DNA of 63,788 nucleotides, filler included, from Octopus bimaculoides (Eukaryota), in assembly GCF_001194135.2 (NCBI RefSeq). It is 5 parts of 4 records of this genome, joined end to end, with 100 filler letters (N's around TTAATTAATTAA, not from the genome) between each part and the next. Parts side by side here need not be neighbours in the genome. Positions count along the whole stretch, not along the records: positions 1 to 31,410 come from NC_068995.1; 4 more parts are not named here. One strand, 5' to 3'. The notes below the pieces were generated by a model. It was not told where the DNA came from. It made no database searches and saw only the letters and a list, made by a program, of their open reading frames with translations. This document shows positions 1 to 12,949 of this stretch, piece after piece (the first letter of the stretch is position 1; the number at the start of each line of letters is the position of its first letter). The translations under genes and the position numbers were made by a program.

Positions 1-37
<37 letters not shown>

Positions 38-38
<1 letters not shown>

Positions 39-245
39 GTGTGTTTGTGTCTATATCTGTTCTCCCACCATCGCTTGACAACCGATATTGTCGTGTTTAC
101 GTCCCCGTGACTTAGTGGTTCGGCAAACGAGGTCGATAAAATAAGTACCAGACTTACAAAGAATAAACCCTGGGGGCGATTTCTTCGACTAAAAGGGTGG
201 TGCTCCAGCATGGTCTCAGTCGAAAATGACAGAAACAAGTAAAAA
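38..245 (+). mobile_element. SINE family A copy (ends GGTGCTCCAGCATGG...GAAACAAGTAAAA)
   Basis: Clearly similar to copies at 5504-5690 (+), 17757-17898 (-) and 38686-38855 (-); A-rich 3' end. Confidence 0.75.
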
Positions 246-397
246 AGACTATATATATATATATATCATATATTTACGCATCCAAATGCGTGCATGCACA
301 CAAATACGCGTGCGCACACCCTCGTCTACATGTTGATATAATCACATATATGCATAAATATGTATACATATAAAGGCGTGCGCGAACACATACATGC

Positions 398-1035
398 GTG
401 CGCACGTTTACAAAATTATCAATTACCAACAACTTACAATCAGCGAATGAGAAGAATCTTGTCTCAATAACCATGACAACGAACAAGATAAACACCACCA
501 CCACTATCATCATCATTATTATCCTAATCATCATCACCTACCGCTTAAGCAACATTACGACAAGCACGAAAATTATTGCTCTTGTTATCATGGTCATCAT
601 AATCATCACCAACTGCAAGTACCATGCAATCATCCCCACTTTCACAAACTTCAACATCAATCATCTCCACCAATATTATTAGAACTACAAAACCATCGCT
701 ACCTACAATAACAGTGCCGGCAAAAACAAAAAAACATTAACTAAAAACCGCATATCCTTTACGACTGCTAGCAACACAAATACAGCTATCATTTACCAGA
801 AACATTAGAAAACATTTACAGTAACAATTACTTTATCAAAAATCAAGAATCATATCTACAACGGCAGTAAGAGTAATCACAACAAAAATCATCACAACCC
901 CCCCCCNNNNNNNNNNNNNNNNNNNNNNNNNNNNNNNNNNNNNNNNNNNNNNNNNNNNNNNNNNNNNNNNNNNNNNNNNNNNNNNNNNNNNNNNNNAACA
1001 ATCCACCACTACCAACGACAACAATAACAGATACA
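398..1035. repeat. (ACA/ATC)-rich low-complexity tract
   Basis: Degenerate trinucleotide repeats spanning a 90-N gap. Confidence 0.8.
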
Positions 1036-2987
1036 ACTGTTGATAGTACTAACAGTATTACAAGCAGGGATACGATGTGCCGGTGTAGATGTCGACAGCG
1101 TTGTCAGTCTTATAAGAAGGCAGCATGTGCAAACCCCATGTCACGCAATTCCATAATTTCTCTCTTTATCAGCCTGTTGCTTCCTACTGGAATACGTGCC
1201 AACTGGATGTGAGTAGATATCATTTCAGCTTTCTCTTTGATATCTTATAATTGTCTTTGAATATTTAACATTTTTTAATTTTAGCATTTATATTTTATGT
1301 TTTTTTAAAAAAAATATTTTGAATTGTTTTCCTCGTTATTAAAATGGAATAAGTACGTTAAATGCAGGTAAACTTTCGATTTCCATATTGTCTCAGATTT
1401 CGTCTTTAACGTTATTCCAGTAAATGAAATTGGTGCTTGTCTATGCAGAATAGCATGGATTTTATTGAAGCTAACTACTGGCATTTTATCAACTACGGAA
1501 GGCGGATAATTAAGTTGGCTTCAGACGAGAGCATAAATTTCGGTATTACTCTCTGATCAGTCCTTACTGTAAATGTAACAATAATGATTTCTTGCAGTAA
1601 CAATCACTTTATCAGCGATTGATTACAAACATCAATAACTTTTCATATAAAAAAGTTCCGTACTTTGATAATATTTTTTACACCTTCGCTGTCACTTTCT
1701 GATAACTATTAAGTTTCATGCTCACGAAAACAGAAACAATAGCAGTGAATAACTCGAATACAGCTCTTCTTTTTAATTATTATTTGGTTGCAGATGGCCT
1801 AATCGGTATTAGCATACTTAAATACGATAATATTTAATCACGTCTCATTACATTTTGAGTTGAATCTCATCGAGGTTGACTTTACACTTTATCTTTATGA
1901 GTTCGTTAAAATAAGTAAAGATAGTGATTCGCTCACTCTATCTTGAAACATATGAAATGGTTCTTAATTCTCAGAGAAAATCATGAGTAATATAACTTAC
2001 CGTTTGATATCCAAGTAAGAAGATTTTGTAATTCACATATTTCCAAGCGTTAGTATTACAGATATTATTCTTCGAAGTAAGAAATGAAACTAGAAAACAA
2101 GGTATCAAAATTTTAATGCTCATAAGGTCATTGCATCTGATAGCTTGCTAGATTAACCGGAAACAACAGCTGTTTGATTGATGGAAGGAATTATTATTTT
2201 GGCTTCTACAAATGCTGAATTGTAAATTCCAAAGCCATCCAGTCAATTCTTGATACACGAGTTTTGTTTGCGGATATGATGACAGACTTCTGTTGCATCT
2301 TCTCCAGCTAGAGAAGCAAATGTGAATTGAATTCAAAAGTCGGTGGAGACAATTCAAAATTTTAAAGCATACAGATATCTTCTGAGAGTTGAAGGTATTT
2401 TTATGTGAACTCCAGTTTTCTTCTGACAAAGTAAACTGATGCCAGAAGTATATCATATCCATTAAGGAAACCCTTTTTCCCAAAAATCATTTTATTAGAC
2501 TCTCCTTTGTCGTTCATTTTCTTTTTAATATGTCAGGCATTAAAAAATGTATTAAAGTAAGGGTTAACAAACAGTTAGAAGCTAATACAAACAGTCTTGA
2601 TAGAGAACATTGAGAATTCTGCAGAGTTTGAAATAGCCCCATGCTTCGTAGTGAAGGAAAATGGTGCAGGAGTGGTGGTAGTGTGGGAAAAATCTCAAAT
2701 AAATGCTATTTTTGGAAAATGCTTTTCAGAATCGTCATTGATGTTGTATGAAACACGGGAATACAAAAAACAAAATGATAAAAAAAAAAATTACCTTTTC
2801 TCTTTCTCATGTGGTATAGAACCAAGGTACAGCTATTCAAAACTCTACCGAGAATTCTAGTTCAGTCAGCACAATTTATATTCATATCCACTTTGGAAAA
2901 GACGAGATAAAATAGAAAGTAAAGTAGGGAAGAGCACTTATCACAGCTTTACCTTTACAAGCTAAACACTCATGTATAAAACTGAGA

Positions 2988-3031
<44 letters not shown>

Positions 3032-4203
3032 ACCACTAAAACTCAAGAACCACCCTACCAATTTCATTCAAATTTTACACATGCCTTACCTAAGGTCCAC
3101 GGAGTGTCATGAGCCCCACAAAATTTCAACTTCTTGCCTAATGCGAGCCCGGAGCAATCGCTTATCTCTTATACTGTTAAGGTATTACGTGTCAAAAGTA
3201 AACAATAACATCTCTCTTGTATGTGGTATGATAGTTTCACTNNNNNNNNNNNNNNNNNNNNNNNNNNNNNNNNNNNNNNNNNNNNNNNNNNNNNNNNNNN
3301 NNNNNNNNNNNNNNNNNNNNNNNNNNNNNNNNNNNNNNNNNNNNNNNNNNNNNNNNNNNNNNNNNNNNNNNNNNNNNNNNNNNNNNNNNNNNNNNNNNNN
3401 NNNNNNNNNNNNNNNNNNNNNNNNNNNNNNNNNNNNNNNNNNNNNNNNNNNNNNNNNNNNNNNNNNNNNNNNNNNNNNNNNNNNNNNNNNNNNNNNNNNN
3501 NNNNNNNNNNNNNNNNNNNNNNNNNNNNNNNNNNNNNNNNNNNNNNNNNNNNNNNNNNNNNNNNNNNNNNNNNNNNNNNNNNNNNNNNNNNNNNNNNNNN
3601 NNNNNNNNNNNNNNNNNNNNNNNNNNNNNNNNNNNNNNNNNNNNNNNNNNNNNNNNNNNNNNNNNNNNNNNNNNNNNNNNNNNNNNNNNNNNNNNNNNNN
3701 NNNNNNNNNNNNNNNNNNNNNNNNNNNNNNNNNNNNNNNNNNNNNNNNNNNNNNNNNNNNNNNNNNNNNNNNNNNNNNNNNNNNNNNNNNNNNNNNNNNN
3801 NNNNNNNNNNNNNNNNNNNNNNNNNNNNNNNNNNNNNNNNNNNNNNNNNNNNNNNNNNNNNNNNNNNNNNNNNNNNNNNNNNNNNNNNNNNNNNNNNNNN
3901 NNNNNNNNNNNNNNNNNNNNNNNNNNNNNNNNNNNNNNNNNNNNNNNNNNNNNNNNNNNNNNNNNNNNNNNNNNNNNNNNNNNNNNNNNNNNNNNNNNNN
4001 NNNNNNNNNNNNNNNNNNNNNNNNNNNNNNNNNNNNNNNNNNNNAAATATCCATAGTTTTCAAATGCAAGGGACATTTTCCTTCTGTCTCTGTTTCTCTT
4101 TTTTACTCTTGTGGGTTCTAGGTAGTTAGCAGTTGGTAGTTTGATGTGAATTCTTGTCTTTGATCGTTTAAGCAGCAGTAGCAGTAGAGAAAGGAGGTGG
4201 CGC

Positions 4204-4290
4204 AGAAGAAGAAGAAGAAGAAGAAGAAGAAGAAGAAGAAGAAGAAGAAGAAGAAGAAGAAGAAGAAGGAAGAAAAAGAAAAAGAATAAT
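4204..4290. repeat. (GAA)n microsatellite
   Basis: Seen directly. Confidence 0.95.
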
Positions 4291-4419
4291 AAAAATGTGA
4301 GAGTGGTATGACAGTAGCAGGAATCCTCTTAAATGATCAAATGACTTACAAGTGACCCGTTGTAGTTGTAATAGTAGTGATTGGAATTGTTCTGAATGAA
4401 TTTATGTGAAGTGACTGTT

Positions 4420-5503
4420 TTGAATATATCGTTTTTAATATTTGTGTGGTGATAATGTTATTTGTGGTGGATGCATTCAGAAGGGGTTTATATTTTGTGA
4501 TAAAGAATGACTCTTTATTAATGCGCTGACTACAGGTTGTATCGTCCCTGCATTGATAGAGGGGAAAAATTCTGAAGCTGGGTTGTTTGTTATTGGTGCA
4601 AATGTCGATGTGTTCGCTGAATGCTATTTTTCTGTTTTTCGGAATTTTGATCTGGGATCTGTGCAGAGCCATCCTTTGACGTAGACTGCTTTTAGTTTGG
4701 ATTATATATTGCTCTCGACACTCAGAGCAGGTTAATACATATATCAGGTTCTCCGAAGCACATGTGAAGTTGCTTTTCATTGTGAAACGTTGACCCTGTT
4801 TGAAAGAGAACTCTGATCTCTCAATTAGGTTGACGCATACACCACAGTTATGTCTTCCGCATTTTTTTTTACTGGCAGCTCCAGTGTTGTTGTTGAGTAT
4901 ATTCGGGCTTGTGTTAGGAGACTTTTCATAGATTTGGGCTATCTTTTGCTCTTTATGATAGTGAGCGTTTGGAGGATTAAATTCATTCAGTGGTCCCTTT
5001 TTTAGTAGGGAAATGTTTTGGCGGATGGTGTCGAAGGCTTCATTGTTAAGAGGGTTGTGTGTGGAGATGTATGGTAGGGCTTTTGGTTGTAAATCCTTCT
5101 TTAATTTGGGATGTCTGAGTTCGTGGATGTTGAGTTGTAGGGCACGTTGAAAGCATAATCAATTAGTGACGGCGGGTAGTTCCTGGTGATAAGTGTATCT
5201 CTTAGTTCATGTAGTCGTGTGTCCCTGGTGTTCGTATTAGAAACTATAGTACAAATACTTTTTGCTAGGTTGAAAGGGATATTCATTCTGGTGTGTCTGG
5301 GGTGGCATGAGTTGAATGGTAGATATTGCTTGGAGTCCGTGGGCTTATAGTATATATATCTGTTTCTATTTCGTTGTTAGATTTCTTAACGTGCATGTCA
5401 AGGAAAGGAAGTTGTTGATAGCTATATTCCATCGTGAATTGAATGTTTACGTCAAGTCCATTTATAAGTGCTTGGAATTCTTTAGTCAAAGAATGAAGCA
5501 GTC
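4420..5503 (-). mobile_element. Penelope-like retroelement, 5'-truncated and frameshifted (RT C-terminus plus GIY-YIG endonuclease)
   Basis: Minus-strand ORFs encode ALINGLDVNIQFTMEYSYQQLPFLDM (PLE RT palm end), NIPFNLAKSICTIVS...YPPSLID (thumb) and NLIYVLTCSECREQYIIQTKSSLRQRMALHRSQI (GIY-YIG, with YIG changed to YII). Confidence 0.9.
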
Positions 5504-5690
5504 CCCACCATTCTTTGACAACCGATATTGCTGTGTTTACGTTCCCATAACTCAGCGATTCCGCAAAAGACACTGATAGAATAAGTACTAGGCTTACAAA
5601 GAATAAATCCTCTGGTCAATTTGTTCGACTAATGGTGGTGCTCCAGCATGGCCGCAGTCACATGACTGAAACAAGTAAAACAAAAAAAAA
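5504..5690 (+). mobile_element. SINE family A copy
   Basis: Matches 38-245; poly-A end; abuts the PLE 5' truncation point. Confidence 0.8.
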
Positions 5691-5705
5691 ACTATGCCAT
5701 TTTAA

Positions 5706-5734
5706 CCCTGAGCAAGGCCGGGTATCTCTCCTAG
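5706..5734 (+). mobile_element. Helitron-type 3' terminus
   Basis: CCCTGAGCAAGGCCGGG imperfect hairpin, then CTAG|T; resembles 62400-62427. Confidence 0.5.
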
Positions 5735-6284
5735 TTGATAATAAATTTTAAAGTGTAATCGCTGCTGTTTTACAACGGTGAACCATTCAAGCAAGTGATA
5801 GCTGGCTAGAATGAAGAATCCATATTTGAGTTGCTCATGCATCTCTGCTGAAATAAATTAGCGAAACTGATTTACAGGAAAATACAGTTAAGTAAAGAAA
5901 TTAATGAATTACAAGTGTGCGGTAAATGTAACACAAATTTGTAACACAAATAAAGAAAGACATAAACTAAATATTGTGCATGTTTCGAAGAGCACTTTTC
6001 TTACATTGATTATATTAAGATAATATAGCAAATTATGTATAAAAATTTCGCGTCAGAGACGCATAGAAACAGAAATGTGTTTAGTACTGTTAAAAGAAAG
6101 ACATTTAATTTAGAAAAAAATGCTATTTGTAACACAAACAAAATTAAGCAAGTGAAGTTCATATATTCTCAAAAACACTAAATGAAGTACTTTCCCCGAG
6201 AGTTTACTGATACTTAGCACACCGATAGTAAGAAATTTGTGATTAAAGACACACATGCTCCAATAATAAAAACAGTAACAAACA

Positions 6285-6286
6285 CA

Positions 6287-6381
<95 letters not shown>
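6285..6381. repeat. (GCAC)n(CA)n microsatellite
   Basis: Seen directly. Confidence 0.95.
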
Positions 6382-6383
<2 letters not shown>

Positions 6384-6766
6384 CTCCACCCTTAATTTTC
6401 GGGAATTACCATAATCATAATAGCATCTGTTGCTAAGTCGTTAAGCTATGGAATGATAGCAATGATAATGACAACAAAGAAAAAGAAGTGGAGCATGTTG
6501 TTGGGAAGGATTTACTTTCCTTAAACACATTCTGTAGTTTTATTGTGTTCAGTAAATATTGTTTTGAGCCATACTTTGCCTATATGAAATGAGCATGTTA
6601 ACTAAAATTTGGAAGGAAAAACATACCTACGTACTATTGATGAGGGTTTTCTAAAATTGAGTACACTTTCAAGTTTATACGAATTATCGCTAGCGCAACA
6701 TGGCATACTATCCAGTTAGATAAAAGTATGACTAAATGGGGAGTCTTATTATTTTTACGCTAAAAG

Positions 6767-6827
6767 TTAACCCTTATATTTAGTATAAAACAAATCTGCA
6801 ATAGTTTCTTTAAGTTTCAAGGGTTAA
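6767..6827. mobile_element. Miniature piggyBac-like footprint/MITE
   Basis: TTAA-CCCTT ... AAGGG-TTAA: a TTAA duplication with short CCCT inverted ends. Confidence 0.35.
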
Positions 6828-7399
6828 TGGTCTGACAAAAGACAAGACAACTATTCACTTTTTCCTCGCTTATTAGTATTATTGGATGATTGGAATGGGA
6901 TGCTGGATGCGCGCAGAAATTGTGTGAGAGTAACCGATATGATGTTGGGATGCAACAACCTCTAAAACTTTCTCAGGCACTTCCAACTGTTTGACTGGTT
7001 TCATTTTGATTTCCCTTATGTGACAATGAAGAGTTAGTCAAATCATAGTCAGTTATCCAAGTCGGTTATCTGAAGTCGTACTTTCAGATCAAGAGAAAGT
7101 TTTAGTATTAGTTGTCCCCAGTTCCAGCGAGGTGGTTACTCGTATCATAAATGCATTACCTTTACAAACTTAGAAAACCGAATAGACAAGGACTCGGATA
7201 CTAATGCGTTCTTCTCAGAAAGATTTATATCAAGAAAAATTAATATTAACTGGGAATTGACTGGATCCTTCATCCAAAAGTAGTGGATTTCGTTAAAAAA
7301 AGAAAAATTATATAAAAATCTATTACCAAAGAGATAGCTATGCAAAATAACAGATTAAAAGATGAACTAGTTTGCCGCATAGAAAGGGTGTATAGAAGG

Positions 7400-8990
7400 G
7401 GCATTGCAAACCACCTGCAATTGCTGAGAATAGCCACTAGCATGTCGTTTGCGGAGCTTCTCCGATTTCTTCGATGCGAAACATGAAGATTGCCTTGTTC
7501 GATCTAGAGCGCCTGTGCTGAAATGTGAAGGCATGAAAGCTGTCCATTAATCCTAGATGGAGGAAGAAACAAAGCTAGAATTCGGTCCATGAAGGACTGT
7601 ATCAGGGGTGTGCACTTCGATTGCAGCACCACTAAAAACCGTTTTCTATGACTTTGTATCTATCTCTATAGTCTACTATAACTATTTAGCAAGGGGACTG
7701 AGTGCTGCAAAAAGCCGATTTAAACTGATGATATGGCGGACGTCTTTAGCTGCTGTGTGAGAGCGGAAATCGCCAGAATTGAATGGTCTGCCTTCCGATT
7801 TTATTTCCACATGCTTGGCTTGTTCGTTTCTGTCTTGACAGCCGGCTACAGTAGCTGACAGCAGACTGGGAGCACTTATCATCAGGAGAGCGAGTCGGTA
7901 TGCAGTAACGCTGCGGATGAAAGATCCTAGCAAGGTGAACGTGATAGAAAACATCCGATCCATAACTATACTCAATACCAAGTTAAAGTTTCTTTGCAAA
8001 AGACATGGCGCTGGTCGTCAGAAGTTTAATCGGAGACGCGTAAACGTGTGATCTTCAGCAAATTCGTGACAACTTCTATCTCGAGTCAGGAATCGATTTG
8101 GCTTTGGCAGGGTGCTGATAAATTTGGATTAGTTCAAAGTATTTGACTGAAGCACAGCTACTGGCGTTGTCCTTAGATAGTCGAGTTTGGTCTCATCGTT
8201 AGAGTCTGGCTTGCTACAATGTGCACCGAAATCTGTTCAGTGATCAAATTAAACTACTACTTCTCGGAATCATTTAGCATCGTCTGATCGATCCGCCAGG
8301 GAATCTTCCCTCCCTACATCCTGTATGTTTTGGTTCAAAAGCCTTAACTGCAGAAGTTAGAGACTTTGAGAGGTATCCCGTTCGAACCTTGTTATAGGAG
8401 AGCCGTGTTGGCATATACAGATGACATCACTGTCAAGGTGTCGGCCATTTCGGATAAAAGGAGCGGTCTTCGCTATACTTTAAGAGTACCAAGAGGATAT
8501 GAGGACATAGATCGGGACTAACTGGTGGACTTTTATCTATATTCTTGGAGAAGCAAGTCTATGTCGACTCATGGTGATTTCTGTCGCAGGACCAATTGAT
8601 GGGACTTGAAATCTGGTCCGGACCTGACCTCCAGGTGAATAGAAACTAGTCGTAAAAAGGGTTGTTAATCACACTCAATAATGGGCTGAAGTGGTTAATA
8701 CATATATCGCCTTGATGTTCTATCACAGCCTAACCCTCCTTCTTTTCCCCAAGAAACTATAGCCCAGACTGGAGCACAAACTGTTCTGCTTCTTCTGGAA
8801 GTTCTACTGGTTAGAAACTCCATCTGCGGCTACATTCACTTCGTAGTCGTCTCAGGATATCGTCTCTGATGATGTAGAGGCACACACTGAATGCTAGATT
8901 TCTATAGAGAGCTAGTTGGAGGTGTAAGTGACAATAACCAAGCCTTGCACAAATTGAAAATGTAAAAGGTGTGGTGGTTAGCAAGAGGAA
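7400..8990 (+). mobile_element. Decayed L1/Tx1-like LINE ORF2 (reverse transcriptase)
   Basis: Broken frames give ENIRSITILNTKLK (NWRPISLLNTDYK-like), PSLHPVCFG/LYVLV region, AYTDDIT (YADD motif) and GPDL..Q; many stops and frameshifts. Confidence 0.75.
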
Positions 8991-9458
8991 GACAACACGG
9001 GAAGACAGCAAAATAGAGGTCAGAGCAATAGCCGCAACTACTTGTGCTTTACAAAAAATTATCGTGCTTTCTCTTCCTAATGGGGAAAGAATGATAAAAA
9101 CGAAAGATAATACTATTGTATTCACACTGAAAGTAATTGGTTTTCGTTTCAATTTTTGTAAAATTGTTAGAAGGAACCTACTATCTGATTTTTAATTAAC
9201 GATCCCCATTTCTTGGTGGACTTGACGATATTAACCTTGCTTCGATTAGAAGATTGTTTTTTTTCTCTTATATATTTGTTGATAGAGTAATTTGCAGACG
9301 AAAAATGCATCAGAGAGAAAGAGGGTGAGTTTGAATACAGCAGCAGTCATGTTATAAAGAGAGATGAAAGTGCGAAACCTGGGAGTCTTGTTGCTGGAAC
9401 TATTAGAACTGATGTTGATAGTATTGTCTGTTTTGTGAGCAATATCAGCACCACCGCC

Positions 9459-9459
9459 A

Positions 9460-9532
<73 letters not shown>

Positions 9533-9535
9533 TTC

Positions 9536-9567
<32 letters not shown>

Positions 9568-9570
9568 CGT
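9459..9570. repeat. (CAT)n(CAA)n compound microsatellite
   Basis: Seen directly. Confidence 0.95.
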
Positions 9571-10089
9571 GAGCAACATCACAACTATAATAATAGCAGC
9601 AGAAGCGACAGCGAATACAACATTAAGGACGAAAGCAAAACAACAAGAACAAGACCGAAAAAAATAACAACAATAGCATCAAGAACGAAATCAACAGCAA
9701 CAACTAGAGCAGTAAGAACAACAAAACCGTCTCCAAAACAGTAACAACAGAAATGACAGCAATAAACTATGTCTTTTTCGAAGTCAGCTTTTAACTTGAA
9801 GATTTGAAAAGCAAAACTTCAGGTTCAACAAAATATTGTTAAACCAGGAGTTATGTTTCACAGCGTGGAATATAGGACACACTCCGAAAACAAACAATTG
9901 TTCATAAATGCATCTGTCAAATAGATAGAAAACTTAACAGAAAAATGCCTAAATGTGTGGTCATCAGTATTACATATATAATGTTAGACAAAACGGTAGC
10001 TTTCATGCGTATTAGTGAGCAGGAAGTTCGAAGAATGGCTACAATAATAAAACTTTAGGTGTAAAGTTTTATCATGACTCCTCTGTATA

Positions 10090-11010
10090 TTGATAGATTA
10101 ACTCGAACTCGAGGTATAAACGTGTCGGCTCACAGAGATCCAGGAAGAGTCTTAGCAACTCTGGAGAAACATAGAGAGATTGTAGTGCCTTAAATCTGGA
10201 AGGATTGGCATGCTGTAAATACTGATGTGCAAGCACACATTCCGATTACTCACCTATAGGTATTCCTGGATGATGAGCCGGTGTGGGCACCGTTCGTGAA
10301 GCACGTCTTTTCGCTGCTCGTCTAATTGACAGAGCTGCAGCCCTGTGCTAAGCAAAGACCAAAACTGGACACTTAGCACCAAGAGTGATGTCAATAAGGC
10401 AATGGGACCGGTGGAAGTTCTACCGTAGCAATTAGCAGAGTGTGAGGCGAAGTGAAGAGCGACGACGTTCTCGGAGAAATACTGAATGTTAATGAGAACG
10501 AAGTTGTCTGTTCCGGAGAACTTTCGTACCGGAGACTCCAATAGATAACTTCAAGAACTCCCTAGCCTGGCAGTGTTACAAAGGGGTGATACTTGCTCGA
10601 GATAAACTCTACAGGCATGCTGTCAGACGGGTTGGTCTGAAATGCGCACTGAGCGATGAAACCGTCCTGCACGCACTCGTTCAGTGTCCAAGCATTGCTA
10701 ACTTGTAGAGTTACATCGAACAGCTTGTTGGGCAAGTCCAGCCATCAGCCGAGTCTAGAGAAATGATTGCCTCCATCACCTTCTATTTGCCGGACACGAA
10801 AGGTAGTTTTCCTTTGTTTGATGGTTATAGGGAAAGAGCTTGTGTAATGGATGAAGCTAAAAGATATGAGGATAGAGACTGTCCTGTTTCAAAATTTCAC
10901 TTGAAAAGAAAGGTGAGGGTAGAGAGGAGAGGTGGTGTGTTCGAGTGAATTTGCTGTAAAGTTGGTGAAAGTGACAAAAATGAGAAGAGTGGGTGGTACC
11001 ACTTTAAATA
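10090..11010 (+). mobile_element. L1/Tx1-like LINE ORF2 3' part (zf-RVT region)
   Basis: NNFKNSLAWQCYKGVILARDKLYRH...CALSDETVLHALVQCP; its 3' end is homologous to 24440-24865. Confidence 0.75.
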
Positions 11011-11214
11011 TAAGCCTTTAAGTCGGAGAGAAACAGCGCTTACCCTTAGTGTACAAGGAAATCTTTGGATGGTGAAGTCCCTCAATTGGCCCTTGAGGTC
11101 CTCCAGCATTAGAAGGCTTGTATACTTGTATTCATCGTCTTTGTATAACATGCGTATATTCTATGTAAATACCTACACTTTATGCTTGTCTTCGCATCGT
11201 CCCCTTCATCCGTA

Positions 11215-11840
11215 ACCCTGGTAGTAAATATAAATCCTCCTCCCATCCTCTTCTTCTTCTTCTTCTTCTTCTTCTTCTTCTTCTTCTTCTTCTTCTTTCC
11301 TCCTCCTCCTCCTCCTCCTCCTCCTTCTTCTTCTTCTTCTTCTTCTTCTTCTTCTCCTCCCTCCCTCCCTCCTCTTCTTCCTTCTCTTTCTCTTTCTCTT
11401 CCTCTTCCTTTTGTTCCTCCCCTCTTCCTTCTCTTTCTCTTTCTCTTCCTTTTGTTCCTCTCCTCTTCCTCGCCTCTTCTTCGCCTCTTCCTTCCCTTCC
11501 TTTTCTTCCTCCTCCCTCTTCCTCCTCCCTCTTCCTCCTCCCTCTTCCTCCTCCCTCTTCCTCCTCCCTCTTCCTCCTCCCTCTTCCTCCTCCCTCTTCC
11601 TCCTCCCTCTTCCTCCCCCGTCTTCCTTTTCCTCTTGCTCCTCCTCTTGCTCCTCCCTCTTGCTCCTCCCTCTTGCTCCTCCCCGCTTCCTCCTCCCCTC
11701 CTCTTCCTCCTTCCTCCTTCCCTCCTCTTCATCTTCCTCCTCCCCTCTTCATCTTCCTCCTCCCTCCTCTTCATCTTCCTCCTCCCCTCCTCTTCATCTT
11801 CCTCCTTCCCTCCACTTCTTTCACATCCTTCTCCTCTACC
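11215..11840. repeat. Long polypyrimidine (CTT/CCT)n low-complexity tract
   Basis: About 600 bp of almost pure C/T on the + strand; it explains ORFs 11109-12018. Confidence 0.95.
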
Positions 11841-11899
11841 TTCTTTTTTCAGCTCTTTATATTTCGACAGTTCTCCGTTTCTTTTAGAGATACATTGTC

Positions 11900-12610
11900 A
11901 TCTTTTGAGAGCACTTTTTTCATGGTTGTTTTTGATAGCTATATCTAGCCGATTATCCCTGATCTTCCTATCTTTGTTCATGTCTAAGCCATCTTTTTTT
12001 TCTGTTGGCATTCCATAGTTCTGGCCCAACTTCTCAACTCTGTCATATATTCTTTTTTTGGCTGAGTCCGTACAGCTAGAAACAATATAACTTATTGTTT
12101 CTTCTCCATCACCATGTATCCTGTAGTTATTGTATTCTGCTTCATTGTGTGCTTTTTGTGGGTTTTGGTGGAGGGACTTTGATCTTGTGCCGCAATTAAG
12201 AACTCTTCAATCTCTGCTCTGGGTCCTGTAATTTTCAACCAGTGTTGGGATTTTACTTTGTCTATTTCTTTTCTGTTCAGCTTATTCTCGTATTTGCCAT
12301 GCAAAGGCTTTCCTTGTCATCTTTTAATCATGATATTCTGTAGTTCCAATTTTAGCTTAGCCTGAGGTAGGAGGCATATTATTCCTTGTGTAATCCATTT
12401 GGGGCATGAATCTGGGTCTTTCAGGATGTTGTTATAGGACAATACTAGGTCTTTACGAGTTATAACTAGATTCTTAATCCAAAAGTTGGCAATTGCATCG
12501 CACTCAACTGCTTTTCTGTCGTTGTTTTATTGATGGCATATGTAATTTCTTCTAGTGCTATATCAGTCTAGGCTTGGCTTCAACTATCCATATTAGCTCT
12601 TGATCTTCTT
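11900..12610 (-). mobile_element. R4/Dong-like LINE, post-RT region
   Basis: MHGKYENKL...WLKITGPRAEIEEFLIAAQDQ, typical of the MHGQ/WL/ETEG..IAAQDQ block of R4-type elements. Confidence 0.75.
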
Positions 12611-12629
12611 GGATCAATTTTGTCGACGA

Positions 12630-12905
12630 AAGTCGAATAGCTGGTCTGTCGCAGAAGTATTTTCGGATCGGGGCACATAGATATTTTCCAGAAATCCCTA
12701 ACTTGGCAGGGCTACTGCAGACATTGCCGGTGCGAGATAAGCTCTACAAATACATAAAGGCTATCAAGCAAACTTGCTCGAGATGTATGCAAAGTGACGA
12801 AACTATTCGCCATGCACTCACCGAATGTCCGAGTATTTCTAACTTGCAGGTTTATGTCGAACATCTGTTGTCTCGTATAGGACGGCTTCGGCTATCGGCT
12901 TAGCC
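12630..12905 (+). mobile_element. L1/Tx1-like zf-RVT fragment inside the R4-like element
   Basis: LPVRDKLYKY...CSRCMQSDETIRHALTECP. Confidence 0.75.
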
Positions 12906-12949
12906 CATTAGGAACCAAGTCAAAGGTTTTCCTAAGAATTTATCCAAGC

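Noticed and set aside
2148-2860. ORFs of 111 aa (-) and 87 aa (+) in unique DNA
   Set aside because: No recognisable motif or convincing splice frame; lengths are compatible with chance.
3086-3175. Minus-strand 84-nt exon-like segment with an AG|GTAAGG donor
   Set aside because: All three frames contain stops; only a UTR exon is possible and nothing supports it.
11109-12018. Long ORFs of 221 and 278 aa
   Set aside because: Translations of a C/T low-complexity tract.
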